Positions 38,852 to 49,099 of a DNA stretch of 64,000 bases are shown here, one piece after another. Made by a program: the position numbers and the translations under genes. Below the pieces are notes generated by a model. That model did not search any database. It had not been told where the DNA came from and saw only the letters and a list, made by a program, of their open reading frames with translations. This DNA comes from an uncultured Candidatus Saccharibacteria bacterium (GTDB lineage Bacteria > Patescibacteriota > JAQUNI01): contig CAZKRD010000001.1 in assembly GCA_964555185.1 (NCBI GenBank), positions 124,265-188,264 on the forward strand. The letters run 5' to 3'. Numbering within the stretch: position 1 is the first letter of the stretch; each line of letters begins with the position of its first letter.

Positions 38852-38939
38852 CGGTGGGTGCAGGATTCGAACCTGCGGTCCCCAAAAAGGAGACTCTGGT
38901 TTTCAAAACCAGTGCATTCGACCACTCTGCCAACCCACC
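38849..38939 (-). tRNA. tRNA-Ser(TGA)
   Basis: GGTGGGT acceptor, CTGGT-TT TGA AA-ACCAG, long variable arm, GGTTCGAATCC, CCA. Confidence 0.95.
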
Positions 38940-38950
38940 ATTTGAGTAAT

Positions 38951-39625
38951 TCATCCTTTCGCTACCACCAAGCCCCAGATTTCCCGCGGTTTGTTGCGGG
39001 CAAGGATCGCCTGGGCTGCTGCTTCCAAGGTAGCGCCGCTGGTTGTGACATCATCAACTAAGATGATTGTTTTGCTCTTTAAAGATAAGTCTTTTTTTGC
39101 CCGGAAGGCGGATTTGATATTCTTCTTGCGCTCTGTGAGAGCGACTTTGACTTGAGGCGGGGTGTGGCGGCAACGGACCAGGAGATCATTTCTCAATTTG
39201 ACTTTAAGCTTCTGACTCAAGTTTCGCGCGAGGAGCTCTGCTTGATTAAAGCCGCGGAAGCGCAATCTTTTCTTGTGTAAAGGCATGGGGATTAAGACAA
39301 ATTTTTTAAGATCAGTATCTCCAAGATAAGGAGAAAGTTTCTTTAACAAAAAGTCAGCCAGTGTCTTGCTGATCTCACTGACAAAATGATATTTATAAAC
39401 AGAAATTAATTTTTTGATCAGGGGATGGTGATAATCAAAAACCGCAATCAGACGGTCAAGGTTTTTGGATTCTAACTTTGCTTTTGGCGAGGGCAGGGAT
39501 TCTGTTTTAACAAAACACTTTTTGCAAAGCCACTGACCTTCTTTTCTACAAGATAAGCATTTAATTGGGAAGATCAGATCAAGGAGAAATGTTAGCGGTT
39601 TAAAATTTTTGATTTCAAATCGCAA
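38951..39625 (-). CDS. comF: ComF family competence protein (PRTase-like)
   Basis: CxxC..CxxC, RGFNQA, LVDDVTTSGATL. Confidence 0.92.
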   Translation of the reverse strand: MRFEIKNFKPLTFLLDLIFPIKCLSCRKEGQWLCKKCFVKTESLPSPKAKLESKNLDRLIAVFDYHHPLIKKLISVYKYHFVSEISKTLADFLLKKLSPYLGDTDLKKFVLIPMPLHKKRLRFRGFNQAELLARNLSQKLKVKLRNDLLVRCRHTPPQVKVALTERKKNIKSAFRAKKDLSLKSKTIILVDDVTTSGATLEAAAQAILARNKPREIWGLVVAKG

Positions 39626-39636
39626 ATTTTGGTTTT

Positions 39637-42156
39637 TTAGTTTGTTTTGGCCAGTTTAATTTTTCCTTTGTCCATACCGATCCTGACGCGGTCGCCAGCC
39701 TTTATTTTCTCGGCAAGCACCAGAGAAGCCAGGGGGTCTTCCACGAGTTCGGTTGTTAATCGTCTTAAGGGCCGAGCGCCTCTTAAGGGGTTCCAAGCCT
39801 TCTCGGCCAAAAAGCGGGCCGCTTCGGATTGGAGCGTGAACGAGAGGTCTTGTTCTTTTAGTCTTGTTTGCAGCTCCTGGATATTTAATTTAACGATTTG
39901 GGTGAGTTCTTTGACACCCAAGGATTTGAAGACAATGACTTTATCAACGCGATTTAGAAGTTCAGGTCTGAAATTCTTTTCAAGTTCGGCTAAAACTTCT
40001 TTCTTAATCTCTTTATACTGCAAGGCCGAATTTTCTGCTTTTGGGGAGCTTTTTTCTCTAGGACCGTTCTTTTTGAATCCCCAGGTTTCCATACTCGCGA
40101 CAAGCTTTTCCGAACCGATATTAGAGGTCATTACAATAATCGTGTTTTTGAAATTCACCTCCCGGCCTTGGGCGTCGGTTAAGATCCCGTTTTCCAGAAT
40201 TTGCAGGAGGAGGTTTAAAGCTTCTGGATGAGCTTTTTCAATTTCGTCAAAGAGGACGACCGAGTAAGGCTGGTGGCGGATTTTCTCAGTCAGTTTTCCT
40301 CCTTCTTCATAGCCGACATAGCCTGCCGGGGCGCCCACTAGCCTTGCGACATTAAAACTCTGATGGAATTCAGACATATCTAGATTGACCAGGTTCTTTT
40401 CACTGCCGAACACTTCCAGGGCTAGGTTTTTTGCTAAATAAGTTTTGCCCACGCCAGAGGGGCCCAGGAAAATAAAGGAGCCCAGAGGGCGATTAGGGTC
40501 AGAAAGGCCTGCCCGGGCGCGGCGGATGCACTGGGCAATCTTTTGAATCGCCTCTGATTGTCCGATCACCTTGCTTGCCAGAGACTTCTCCAGATTCTGA
40601 AGTTTGGTTTTTTCAGAAGTAGTTAAAGATTCTAGAGGGACGGCCGTAATTTCACTGACAATTTTTTTGATCTCTCGGGCAGTGATTTTACCCCTTAATC
40701 TGCGCGGCAGTTTCTCAACTTTTTTTCTTAAACCTACTATTTCCTGGGAGAGTTTCATCTCTTTTCTTTTAAACCGGCTTGCTTCTTGATAGTTTTCATT
40801 TTTTACCGCGTCCACTTTGGCTTGTTTGATTTCGCGGATTTTGACTTCCGCGTTTTGGAGCGCGGTGACTATTTTAGGTTCACAGAGCCCGACTTTTTCA
40901 CGGGAGGCCGCTTCGTCAATGAGGTCGATTGCCTTGTCTGGCAAGAGGCGGTCGGGGATAAAGCGGGCGGAAAGGTAGGTGGCGCTTTCAATTGCTTGAT
41001 CCGTGATTTCGATTTGGTGATATTTCTCGTAATTCTCTTTGATCCCTTTTAGGATCTGGATCGTTTCTTGGGCTGTCGCTTCTTTGATCATCACTGGTTG
41101 GAACCGGCGTTCCAGGGCGCGGTCTTTTTCGATATGTTTTTGGTATTCAGAGAGCGTGGTTGCGCCGATACAGCGCAAAAGCCCGCGGGCCAAAGCAGGC
41201 TTTAAGATATTAGCGGTGTCTAGGCTTCCGGCGGCAGAGCCAGTACCAATTATGGTATGAAGTTCATCAATAAAGAGAATCAGGTTGGGGTCAGACTCAA
41301 TCTTTTTCAAGATTTTTTTAAGCCGCGCTTCAAATTCGCCTCGAAACATCGTCCCGGCGACAAGAGAGGTGAGGTCTAAAAGGAGGATTTTTTTATTTTG
41401 GAGCATGGGAGGCACTTCTCCTTTGACGATTTTGTAAGCCAGGCCTTCTGCGATCGCTGTTTTGCCCACGCCGGCGTCACCGATTAAAATCGGGTTATTT
41501 TTCGCGCGGCGGCCCAAGATGTTAATGATTCTTTGGATTTCTTTTTCGCGGCCAATTACCGGATCAACTCCGCCCGATCGCGCTTTTTCGTTCAAATCAA
41601 CGCTGAAGTAGCCCAAAAAGGAGTTTGGTTTTTGACCACTATTTTTTTTGGGTCTTTGCTTGAAAGGACGAGTGAGATGAGAGAATTTAGACGCGTTATC
41701 AAGGAGCATATTCAGGTGTTTTTCCAGGTCATTAAAATTAAACCCTTTTTCTTTTAAGTAGATTTGGGCTTGGTTTTTTCTGGTTTTGATCAAGGCGGCA
41801 AGCAGGTGTTCTGTGCCCACAAAACAGTGTTGCTTTCGAAAAGCGAGAGCTGTTGCTTTTTCAATAACTTTTTGGGCTTTTTTCGAAAATTTGTAATCGG
41901 TTAGTTTGAAGTTTATTGTTCGTTTACTCAAAGCGGACGTTAAAACGTGATTCTGGTTAAAATATCTTGGCCGAGGAGATTTTTTCCTGTCAAATATTTC
42001 ATAATTCAAAACCTTCCAGGCCAGGCTGCCCTTTTGGGCAAGGAGTGAGAAGAGAAGATTTGAAGTTGTAATCCGTTTGTTTTTGCGTTTTAACGCATTC
42101 ACTCCTGCTAGGATTAGGGCTTCTTTGAAGTTTTTAGTGAATTTATTGTTGATCAT
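39637..42156 (-). CDS. clpC: ATP-dependent Clp protease ATP-binding subunit (ClpC-like)
   Basis: Clp N domain, GDAGVGKT, GPSGVGKT, UVR-like middle domain; likely start ATG 42156. Confidence 0.93.
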   Translation of the reverse strand: MINNKFTKNFKEALILAGVNALKRKNKRITTSNLLFSLLAQKGSLAWKVLNYEIFDRKKSPRPRYFNQNHVLTSALSKRTINFKLTDYKFSKKAQKVIEKATALAFRKQHCFVGTEHLLAALIKTRKNQAQIYLKEKGFNFNDLEKHLNMLLDNASKFSHLTRPFKQRPKKNSGQKPNSFLGYFSVDLNEKARSGGVDPVIGREKEIQRIINILGRRAKNNPILIGDAGVGKTAIAEGLAYKIVKGEVPPMLQNKKILLLDLTSLVAGTMFRGEFEARLKKILKKIESDPNLILFIDELHTIIGTGSAAGSLDTANILKPALARGLLRCIGATTLSEYQKHIEKDRALERRFQPVMIKEATAQETIQILKGIKENYEKYHQIEITDQAIESATYLSARFIPDRLLPDKAIDLIDEAASREKVGLCEPKIVTALQNAEVKIREIKQAKVDAVKNENYQEASRFKRKEMKLSQEIVGLRKKVEKLPRRLRGKITAREIKKIVSEITAVPLESLTTSEKTKLQNLEKSLASKVIGQSEAIQKIAQCIRRARAGLSDPNRPLGSFIFLGPSGVGKTYLAKNLALEVFGSEKNLVNLDMSEFHQSFNVARLVGAPAGYVGYEEGGKLTEKIRHQPYSVVLFDEIEKAHPEALNLLLQILENGILTDAQGREVNFKNTIIVMTSNIGSEKLVASMETWGFKKNGPREKSSPKAENSALQYKEIKKEVLAELEKNFRPELLNRVDKVIVFKSLGVKELTQIVKLNIQELQTRLKEQDLSFTLQSEAARFLAEKAWNPLRGARPLRRLTTELVEDPLASLVLAEKIKAGDRVRIGMDKGKIKLAKTN

Positions 42157-42494
42157 AGTTTTAATTTGGACAATCGGTAGATTTATTGTATAATAAAGTT
42201 GTGTTTTTAGCAACAGAGTGCGATTGAGATCTTCGACTTTTTAATTGTTTTGGATTTTGGCTTGCTGTTTTAGGTTTTTCAGGTGTCCACACACTAATGT
42301 TGTCAAGATATTGCTGTTTGTGTTAAAATTAAGTCAGATCTTGAGCTTATTATTTCAGGGATTTGTTAAATAAATACAAACACTGATTTTAAATTTAAAA
42401 CTCTAATCTCTAGCTTTGCTGGTGTTATTTGAGATTTGGGATTTTTTGCGACTTATCTAAAATACAAACCAAACAGCAAGGGAGTATAAATTGG

Positions 42495-42571
42495 GGTCCC
42501 CGCAAAATCGAAGTTTTTGTGGGGTATAATATAAACTGAGGTCCCCGCAAAATCGAAGTTTTTGTGGGGTA
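42495..42571. repeat. Two identical 32-bp palindromic repeats, period 45 bp, upstream of pilM
   Basis: GGTCCCCGCAAAATCGAAGTTTTTGTGGGGTA at 42495-42526 and 42540-42571. Confidence 0.9.
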
Positions 42572-42576
42572 AAAAA

Positions 42577-43662
42577 ATGGGATCATTCGGCAAAAAGTTT
42601 AAAGGAAGATGTCTTGGCGTAGATATTGGCACCTCCAACTTAAAGGTGATTGAATTGAACAGTCTGGCCGGCCAGCCGAATTTGGCAACTTATGGATCAA
42701 TCGGTGTAGGATATGATCTGATCAGGAGTGAGTCAAAGGAAGTGCAGGAAAAGATATTTAAAAGTTTAAAAAAAATCATTAAGGAAAGCGGAGTGAAAAG
42801 TGTCCGTGCGATTGCTTCCTTGCCGGGCTTCTCGGTTTTTACTACGGTTTTGAATTTGCCGAAGATGAAGGAGAAAGAGCTGGCGTCAGCGATTAAATGG
42901 GAGGCGAAACGTTATATTCCTTTTCCAATTGAGGAGATAATTTTAGACTGGGAAATTTTGGGGAGCAAGAATGTGCCGATAGACCTTGCTGACGGGCAGA
43001 TAGCAGAGAGCAAGGAGGAATTAGAAGTGTTTTTGACGGCCGTGCCTAAAAATATTGTCGGGAGGTACAGTGACATTTTTAAAAGTGCTGATTTGAAATT
43101 GATCGGCCTTGAGCCTGAAGCAATGGCGCTGAGCCGCGCTTTGGTCGGAAGAGCAAAGGGGCGGGCAATGATTGTGGATCTTGGCGCCACGGCTACAGAG
43201 ATTTGTATTGTTGAGGATGGGCACCCTAAACTTAATTTGAGTGTGGACACAGGGGGCAACGCTTTAACCAAAGCGATCGCCCAGAGTCTCCAGGTTTCTT
43301 TTAACCGCGCAGAGCAGTTTAAAAGAGACTTCGGTGTTTCCAGAAGAAAGTTGGGCGGCGAGATACCTCGAGCGATCAGGCCAGTGATCGACATTATTGT
43401 CGAGAAGATCCAACATTGTTTAGGTCTTTTTTACAACCGCGGGGGAGGAAAAATTTCTAGGATCATTCTTTCGGGAGGTTCGGCCAGACTGCCGGAATTT
43501 GTCAGCTATTTATCTTTATTTCTAAAAGAGGAGAAGATAGAGATTTCTAATCCTTGGCAGTATGTTCTTTACCCCAAGGAATTGGATCGGGTCTTGCAGG
43601 AATTGGGTCCTGGTTTTGATGTGGCTGTTGGTTTAGCCTTGAGTGAGTTTATAGTCAGATGA
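42577..43662 (+). CDS. pilM: Type IV pilus assembly protein PilM
   Basis: GVDIGTS.LKV, WEAKRYIP, VDLGA, LSGGSA, VAVGLAL. Confidence 0.92.
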   Translation: MGSFGKKFKGRCLGVDIGTSNLKVIELNSLAGQPNLATYGSIGVGYDLIRSESKEVQEKIFKSLKKIIKESGVKSVRAIASLPGFSVFTTVLNLPKMKEKELASAIKWEAKRYIPFPIEEIILDWEILGSKNVPIDLADGQIAESKEELEVFLTAVPKNIVGRYSDIFKSADLKLIGLEPEAMALSRALVGRAKGRAMIVDLGATATEICIVEDGHPKLNLSVDTGGNALTKAIAQSLQVSFNRAEQFKRDFGVSRRKLGGEIPRAIRPVIDIIVEKIQHCLGLFYNRGGGKISRIILSGGSARLPEFVSYLSLFLKEEKIEISNPWQYVLYPKELDRVLQELGPGFDVAVGLALSEFIVR

Positions 43663-43687
43663 TTTTAAATACCTTCTCTTTATTTAT

Positions 43688-45505
43688 ATGAATATGAACG
43701 AAAAACAGAAGTTGAAAAACAAGTCAGAAACTCCCACCCAGAAAGTCCTTCAGAAAATAAAGAAGATTAAAGGGAAGAAGAACTTGCTCGATCTTTTGGA
43801 GGAGAAGGACTTGATTGATCAGGAGGGGAGAAAGTTAGTTGAAGAGGAGGTCAAAAAGACTAATTTAAGTGTCGAGAGAGTTATTAAAGAGAAGGGGTTG
43901 GTGACGGAAAGGGCTCTGGCCCAGGCCTTGGGTGAATTTTTGGGGGTGGAATATATTGAATTAGAGTCGCGGGCAATCTATCCCAATATTTTGAGGTTGA
44001 TCCCCCATGAGGTTGCTGTTTATTACCAGATGATCGCTTTTGACCGCGAGGGGAGTAAGCTTAGGGTAGCAATGGTTGACCCTGAAAATTTTAAAGCCCT
44101 GGAGGCCTTAGAGTTTGCAACAGCGCGTCAGGGTTTGAATACAGAGATTTATATTGTCACTGAACCTGGTTTAGAACAGGCTTTGCGCCAATACGACAAG
44201 AGCTTAAAGGAGGAAGTAAGCAAAGCTTTGGAAAGAGTGGCCAAGGTTCCGCCCAAGGAAAAGAAAGTGCTTGAAGAGAGGGAGAAAGAGATCCGCAAGC
44301 TTGTGGAAGCGGCCCCGATTTCTAAAATCGTACAGGTGATTATTAGGCACGCCGTGGAAGGAGGGGCTTCTGACATCCATATTGAGCCCAGGGAGGATAT
44401 GGTGCGGGTCCGTTATCGGATTGACGGTATTCTACGCACAATCTTAAGTTTACCGGCCAAAATTAAAGAGAGCATCGTTTCGCGGGTCAAGATAATGTCT
44501 GATTTGCAGATAGACGAAACCCGGATTCCCCAGGACGGCCGGATCCGGCTTGAGATCAAGGGGCAGCCAATTGATTTTCGGGTTTCCACCCTGCCGACGG
44601 TTAATGGCGAAAAGGTCGTGATGAGGATTTTGAAGACGGGGACTAAGATTTTCAGCCTGGAGGAGCTTGGTTTGTCTGGATTGCGATTACAGCACGTTCA
44701 AGAGGAGATAAAAAAATCCAACGGTATGCTCTTGGTTACTGGCCCGACCGGCAGTGGTAAGTCCACCACGCTTTATTCAATTTTAGGAATCTTAAATCAG
44801 GAAGGTGTGAATATTGTTACCCTAGAAGACCCTGTTGAATATTTCATTCCCGGCGTTGCCCAGTCCCAGGTTCATCCAAAAGTGGGCTTGACTTTTGCCA
44901 CGGGCTTGCGTTCGATCTTACGGCAAGACCCGGACATTATTATGGTCGGCGAGATCAGAGACGAGGAAACAGCAGAGATGGCCGTCCACGCTTCTTTGAC
45001 CGGGCATGTGGTTTTATCCACCCTGCATACTAACAGCGCTGTCGGCGCTGTGCCTCGTTTGATAGATATGGGTGTCCAGCCTTTCTTAATCACGGCTTCG
45101 GTCAATATTGTGATTGCCCAGAGACTGGTGCGTAAGATTTGCGAGCGCTGCCGGGAAGCAATCGAGGTCTCTCCAGAGACCAAAAAGCTTATCTTAGAAG
45201 AGTGGCAGAAAATTCCTGATTCTGAAAAGAAGGGGATTGATCTTTTAGAAGAGAAGATTTTAATTTACCGAGGCAAGGGCTGTAAGCATTGCAGCGGCGA
45301 GGGCTACAAAGGGAGAATAGGCATTTTTGAGGCCGTGCCGGTTAGCGCTGACTTTCAGGAGATGATTTTATCAAAACCTTCAGAGTCCAAAATCAGAACT
45401 TTTGTTAGGGAGCAAGGGTTTATTAATATGAAACAGGACGGCGTTCTTAAAGCATTGCAGGGCATGACTACTTTAGAAGAAGTGTTCCGGGTGACCAAGA
45501 ATTAG
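43688..45505 (+). CDS. pilB: Type IV pilus extension ATPase PilB (GspE family)
   Basis: ASDIHIEP, GPTGSGKST, EDPVE, RQDPD, Zn Cys motifs. Confidence 0.95.
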   Translation: MNMNEKQKLKNKSETPTQKVLQKIKKIKGKKNLLDLLEEKDLIDQEGRKLVEEEVKKTNLSVERVIKEKGLVTERALAQALGEFLGVEYIELESRAIYPNILRLIPHEVAVYYQMIAFDREGSKLRVAMVDPENFKALEALEFATARQGLNTEIYIVTEPGLEQALRQYDKSLKEEVSKALERVAKVPPKEKKVLEEREKEIRKLVEAAPISKIVQVIIRHAVEGGASDIHIEPREDMVRVRYRIDGILRTILSLPAKIKESIVSRVKIMSDLQIDETRIPQDGRIRLEIKGQPIDFRVSTLPTVNGEKVVMRILKTGTKIFSLEELGLSGLRLQHVQEEIKKSNGMLLVTGPTGSGKSTTLYSILGILNQEGVNIVTLEDPVEYFIPGVAQSQVHPKVGLTFATGLRSILRQDPDIIMVGEIRDEETAEMAVHASLTGHVVLSTLHTNSAVGAVPRLIDMGVQPFLITASVNIVIAQRLVRKICERCREAIEVSPETKKLILEEWQKIPDSEKKGIDLLEEKILIYRGKGCKHCSGEGYKGRIGIFEAVPVSADFQEMILSKPSESKIRTFVREQGFINMKQDGVLKALQGMTTLEEVFRVTKN

Positions 45506-45529
45506 TTTTAATATTTATTTTTTACTTTT

Positions 45530-46606
45530 ATGGCCGCGTACGATAGTACCCAACTGGCGATCAATCGTCTGCTTTTGGCAACAGCGGAGAGGGGAGCTTC
45601 TGATTTGCATATTTCGGTCGGTCGTTATCCGACATTGAGGATTGACGGTGATCTCGTGCTTATGAAGGAGGAGAAAGTTTTGACACCCGCTGTCTGCGAG
45701 AGGCTTTGTTTGGGACTTTTGACCGAAGAGCAGGCGAAACGTCTGAAGGCGGAGAAATCAATAGATTTGCGTTATGAGTTTCAGGATAAAGCGCGCTTCC
45801 GGGTGAATGTTTTCCACCAGCGGGGTTTTTTAAGCGCTGCCCTCCGTTTAATTCCGACAAAAATTCGGACGTTGGAAGAGTTGAACCTGCCGCCAGTTTT
45901 GAGAAACTTTGCTGAATTAGCTCAAGGCCTGGTGCTTTTTGTCGGGCCGTCAGGCCATGGCAAATCTACAACCTTGGCCGCGCTTTTGAATATTATTAAC
46001 CACGAGAGAACAGAGCATATCATCACGATTGAAGATCCGATTGAATACCTCTTTACCCAGGATAAGTGCATCATTGATCAAAGAGAGTTGTATCGCGATA
46101 CCAATTCTTTTCCCAGAGCTCTCCGCTCTACTTTGCGTGAGGATCCGAATGTGGTGATGGTGGGAGAGATGCGTGATTTGGATACGATTGCCACGGCCGT
46201 GACCGTGGCGGAAACCGGCCATCTGGTTTTTTCCACTGTCCATACCAATAATGCCGCCCAGACCGTGGACAGGGTTATTGATGTCTTTCCCGCTCATCAG
46301 CAGAATCAGATCCGCTATCAGCTGGCCAATATTCTGATGGGGATTGTTTCTCAAAGATTGCTTCCCCGGATCGGAGGAGGAAGGGTAGCTGCTTGTGAGA
46401 TCATGATAGTTACGCCGGCGGTGCGAAACATTATCCGTGAGAAGAAGACGCACCAACTGCCGAGTGTTATCCAAACCGGGGCAGGGGAGGGAATGATTCC
46501 CCTAGATAAAGCTTTGGGTACGCTTGCCAAGGGCGGCCAGATTGAGCTGGCTCAAGCCCTGATATATGCCGAGGATCAGAAGGCTCTCCAGGCATTTGTC
46601 CGTTAG
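45530..46606 (+). CDS. pilT: Type IV pilus retraction ATPase PilT
   Basis: ASDLH, GPSGHGKST, EDPIE, LREDP, AVRNIIRE. Confidence 0.95.
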   Translation: MAAYDSTQLAINRLLLATAERGASDLHISVGRYPTLRIDGDLVLMKEEKVLTPAVCERLCLGLLTEEQAKRLKAEKSIDLRYEFQDKARFRVNVFHQRGFLSAALRLIPTKIRTLEELNLPPVLRNFAELAQGLVLFVGPSGHGKSTTLAALLNIINHERTEHIITIEDPIEYLFTQDKCIIDQRELYRDTNSFPRALRSTLREDPNVVMVGEMRDLDTIATAVTVAETGHLVFSTVHTNNAAQTVDRVIDVFPAHQQNQIRYQLANILMGIVSQRLLPRIGGGRVAACEIMIVTPAVRNIIREKKTHQLPSVIQTGAGEGMIPLDKALGTLAKGGQIELAQALIYAEDQKALQAFVR

Positions 46607-46687
46607 TTTGAAATTTACTCAAGAGCCCTTTTTGCATTTTGAATTGTATTTTTAACTTTTGAGATTTGATTTTTGATTTTTAAAAAT

Positions 46688-47896
46688 ATGCCCATATTTG
46701 CCTATAAAGCGCGCACAGACCAAGGTGAGTTACAGAGAGGGACGGTTGAAGCTTCAAACAAAACTCTTGCCGAACAGACTCTCCACCAGCAGGGCTTGAT
46801 CGTGGTTTCCTTGGAACCCGAGGAAAAACCCGCTTTATTTGAGAGTCCTTTGGATTTTTTCAATCCAATCAGAGCCAAAAATAAAGTCCTTTTCTTTCGT
46901 CAGCTGGCGACGATGATTGAAGCTACCTTGCCGATTGTTCAGGCCCTGAAGATTTTGGCCAAACAGGCCAAGAACAAGAAATTTCAAAGAGCTATCAATA
47001 ATATCGTCAGAGAGGTTGAAGGCGGCTCTTCTTTGTCCGCGGCTTTTTCCCAGCACTCTAATATCTTTTCAGAATTCAAGATTGGTATGATTAGATCAGG
47101 CGAGATGAGCGGCAACCTAGACAAGACCTTGATCTATTTAGCCGATCAGATGGAGAAGGATTATGATTTGACTTCTAAAGTAAAGGGGGCAATGATTTAT
47201 CCTGCTTTTATCGTGGTTGGGATCATTGTTGTCGGTTTCTTGATGATGGTCTATGTCATTCCCCAGTTAACCAGTGTTTTAGAGGAATCAGGCCAAGAAC
47301 TGCCGATAACGACCCGGATTTTGATTGCGACCAGCAAGGCAATGAAGAATTATTGGTGGGCGGTTATAGGCGGAGCAGTGGCTTTCGCGGTGGGTCTCCG
47401 TTTTTTTGGAAAGCGGCCTAGAGGCAAATATTTGTTTGATCTATTGAAGATCAAGGTGCCGGTTGTAAGCATACTTTATAAAAAGCTGTATCTGGTGCGG
47501 CTTACCCGCAATTTAGGCACTCTTCTAGCCGGCGGACTGCCGATTGGCGAGGCCTTGCGGATTGTGAGCGGCGTTATGGATAACGGGATTTATCAAGAGG
47601 CCTGTTTGAGAGTCAAGCAGGGCGTGGAGAGTGGAGAGTCTCTAACTCGTATTTTCAGGCGAGAGACTATTTTTCCTACGATTATTTCCCAGATGGTGCA
47701 TGTAGGAGAACGTACCGGCAGGTTAGTGGACGTGCTGCAAAAATTGGCCCAGTTTTATGATCGGGAAGTGACCATCGCGATGAAGAGCTTGGTTTCTCTA
47801 ATCGAGCCAACAATTATGGTCATAATGGGCATCGCGGTCGCGATTATGGTTTCCGCTATCTTGATGCCGATTTACAATATGGCGAATGCGGTTTAA
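46688..47896 (+). CDS. pilC: Type IV pilus platform protein PilC (GspF family)
   Basis: FFRQLATM, GEMSGNL, AMIYP, GERTG.L, EP..M. Confidence 0.95.
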   Translation: MPIFAYKARTDQGELQRGTVEASNKTLAEQTLHQQGLIVVSLEPEEKPALFESPLDFFNPIRAKNKVLFFRQLATMIEATLPIVQALKILAKQAKNKKFQRAINNIVREVEGGSSLSAAFSQHSNIFSEFKIGMIRSGEMSGNLDKTLIYLADQMEKDYDLTSKVKGAMIYPAFIVVGIIVVGFLMMVYVIPQLTSVLEESGQELPITTRILIATSKAMKNYWWAVIGGAVAFAVGLRFFGKRPRGKYLFDLLKIKVPVVSILYKKLYLVRLTRNLGTLLAGGLPIGEALRIVSGVMDNGIYQEACLRVKQGVESGESLTRIFRRETIFPTIISQMVHVGERTGRLVDVLQKLAQFYDREVTIAMKSLVSLIEPTIMVIMGIAVAIMVSAILMPIYNMANAV

Positions 47897-47967
47897 TCGA
47901 TTAACGGATTGCGGGTTGTTAGCTATTTTTCATTTACTCGTTTAAGTTCATTAACCTATCAAAAACA

Positions 47968-48405
47968 ATGTTCAAAAAAGGGGATAGAGGCTTTACTCTG
48001 GTTGAACTTTTGGTTGTGATTGCGATTATTGGTTTGTTAGCGGTAATTGTTTTGGTCAGCTTTAATCTCACCCGGGCTAAATCGAGGGACGCGCAGAGAG
48101 TGGCGGAGATTAAAAATCTCAAATTGGCTTTGGGGCTTTATGATAATGATTATGGGCAATATGTTGTTGCCGGAGACTGCGACGCTGATTCTTGGATTGT
48201 AATTAATGGTGCCAGTGATGCGGTTTCAACTGCCTTAATCGGGATGGGTCTTTTTTCGGCAGGATCAGCCCCGCGTGATCCAATGTCTCCTAGCCAGGAA
48301 TATGAATATTGTTATTTGGCGAGCACAGACAGCTATCAGTTCAGGTATGTTTTGGAAGTTAATTCCAGCGCTGGTTTGGAAGGCGTGCATGTGATAGGAC
48401 CATGA
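47968..48405 (+). CDS. Type IV pilin
   Basis: RG|FTLVELLVVIAII; KSRDAQR. Confidence 0.9.
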   Translation: MFKKGDRGFTLVELLVVIAIIGLLAVIVLVSFNLTRAKSRDAQRVAEIKNLKLALGLYDNDYGQYVVAGDCDADSWIVINGASDAVSTALIGMGLFSAGSAPRDPMSPSQEYEYCYLASTDSYQFRYVLEVNSSAGLEGVHVIGP

Positions 48406-48445
48406 ATTTCCAATTTCCAATTTTTAATTTTCAATTTTCAATTTT

Positions 48446-48475
48446 CCCGCCTGCGCCAAGGCTTCGGCGGGCAGG
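48446..48475. repeat. CCTGCC-type 30-nt mini hairpin inside a TTTCAAT heptamer array
   Basis: Reverse complement matches 22115-22144 with 2 mismatches. Confidence 0.8.
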
Positions 48476-48555
48476 CAATTTCCAAATAATTTTCAATGAA
48501 GAGTTTGCTATTTTGAAATTAGAAATAAAAATCTAACAGAAAGGAGGTGAATTAA

Positions 48556-48918
48556 ATGCGAAAGCTTTTAGGCAAAAGAGGTTTTACTTTGATTGAGCTT
48601 TTGGTCGTGATTGCGATTATCGGTATCTTGGCAGCCGTGGTTTTGGTTTCCCTAAATTCGGCTCGGGGCAAAGCGCGTAACGCGCAGAGACAGAGCGACA
48701 TCGTCAACATAAGTTTAGCTCTTGAGATGTATTATGATGATCAGGATCCGCCAGCTTATCCTGCCACGTTGGCTTCGTTAGCCGCGCAGTATTTCCCTTC
48801 TGGTATTCCGACCGATCCGACTGGCACCGCTTACACCTATACGCCGGCCGGTACTCCGTTAAGCTCTTACACGGCTTGCGCCACTCTAGAGGATTCTAGC
48901 ACTTTCTGTAAACCTTAA
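48556..48918 (+). CDS. Type IV pilin, probable major pilin
   Basis: RG|FTLIELLVVIAIIG; strong AAGGAGGTG RBS; C-terminal Cys pair. Confidence 0.9.
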   Translation: MRKLLGKRGFTLIELLVVIAIIGILAAVVLVSLNSARGKARNAQRQSDIVNISLALEMYYDDQDPPAYPATLASLAAQYFPSGIPTDPTGTAYTYTPAGTPLSSYTACATLEDSSTFCKP

Positions 48919-49099
48919 GCCTAACACTGAATTGGTGGGGTGGTTTTCAAGTCCTGAATCAGTTTCTTTATTTCTCAAAGAGACTCATAAAGCTCGGGAT
49001 CCCGGTTGGGTCTTGCTACCCCACCAGGGATTTGGATTTCAAATTTTTTTGAGATCCAGATCTTTGGTTAATACTAAATATTGTCACAGGGTCTGCGTT

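Larger units (their letters stand above)
32573..38868. mobile_element. Integrative element at the 3' end of tRNA-Ser(TGA)
   Basis: 19-bp direct repeat GGCGGTGGGTGCAGGATTC at 32573-32591 and 38850-38868 (tRNA 3' end). Large serine recombinase next to the tRNA. Visibly more AT-rich than the flanks. Confidence 0.85.

Noticed and set aside
38660-39061. Independent 133-aa gene
   Set aside because: It is the in-frame tail of the recombinase running antisense through the tRNA and into comF.
42495-42571. Mini CRISPR array
   Set aside because: Only two repeats, a 13-nt spacer and no cas genes in the window.
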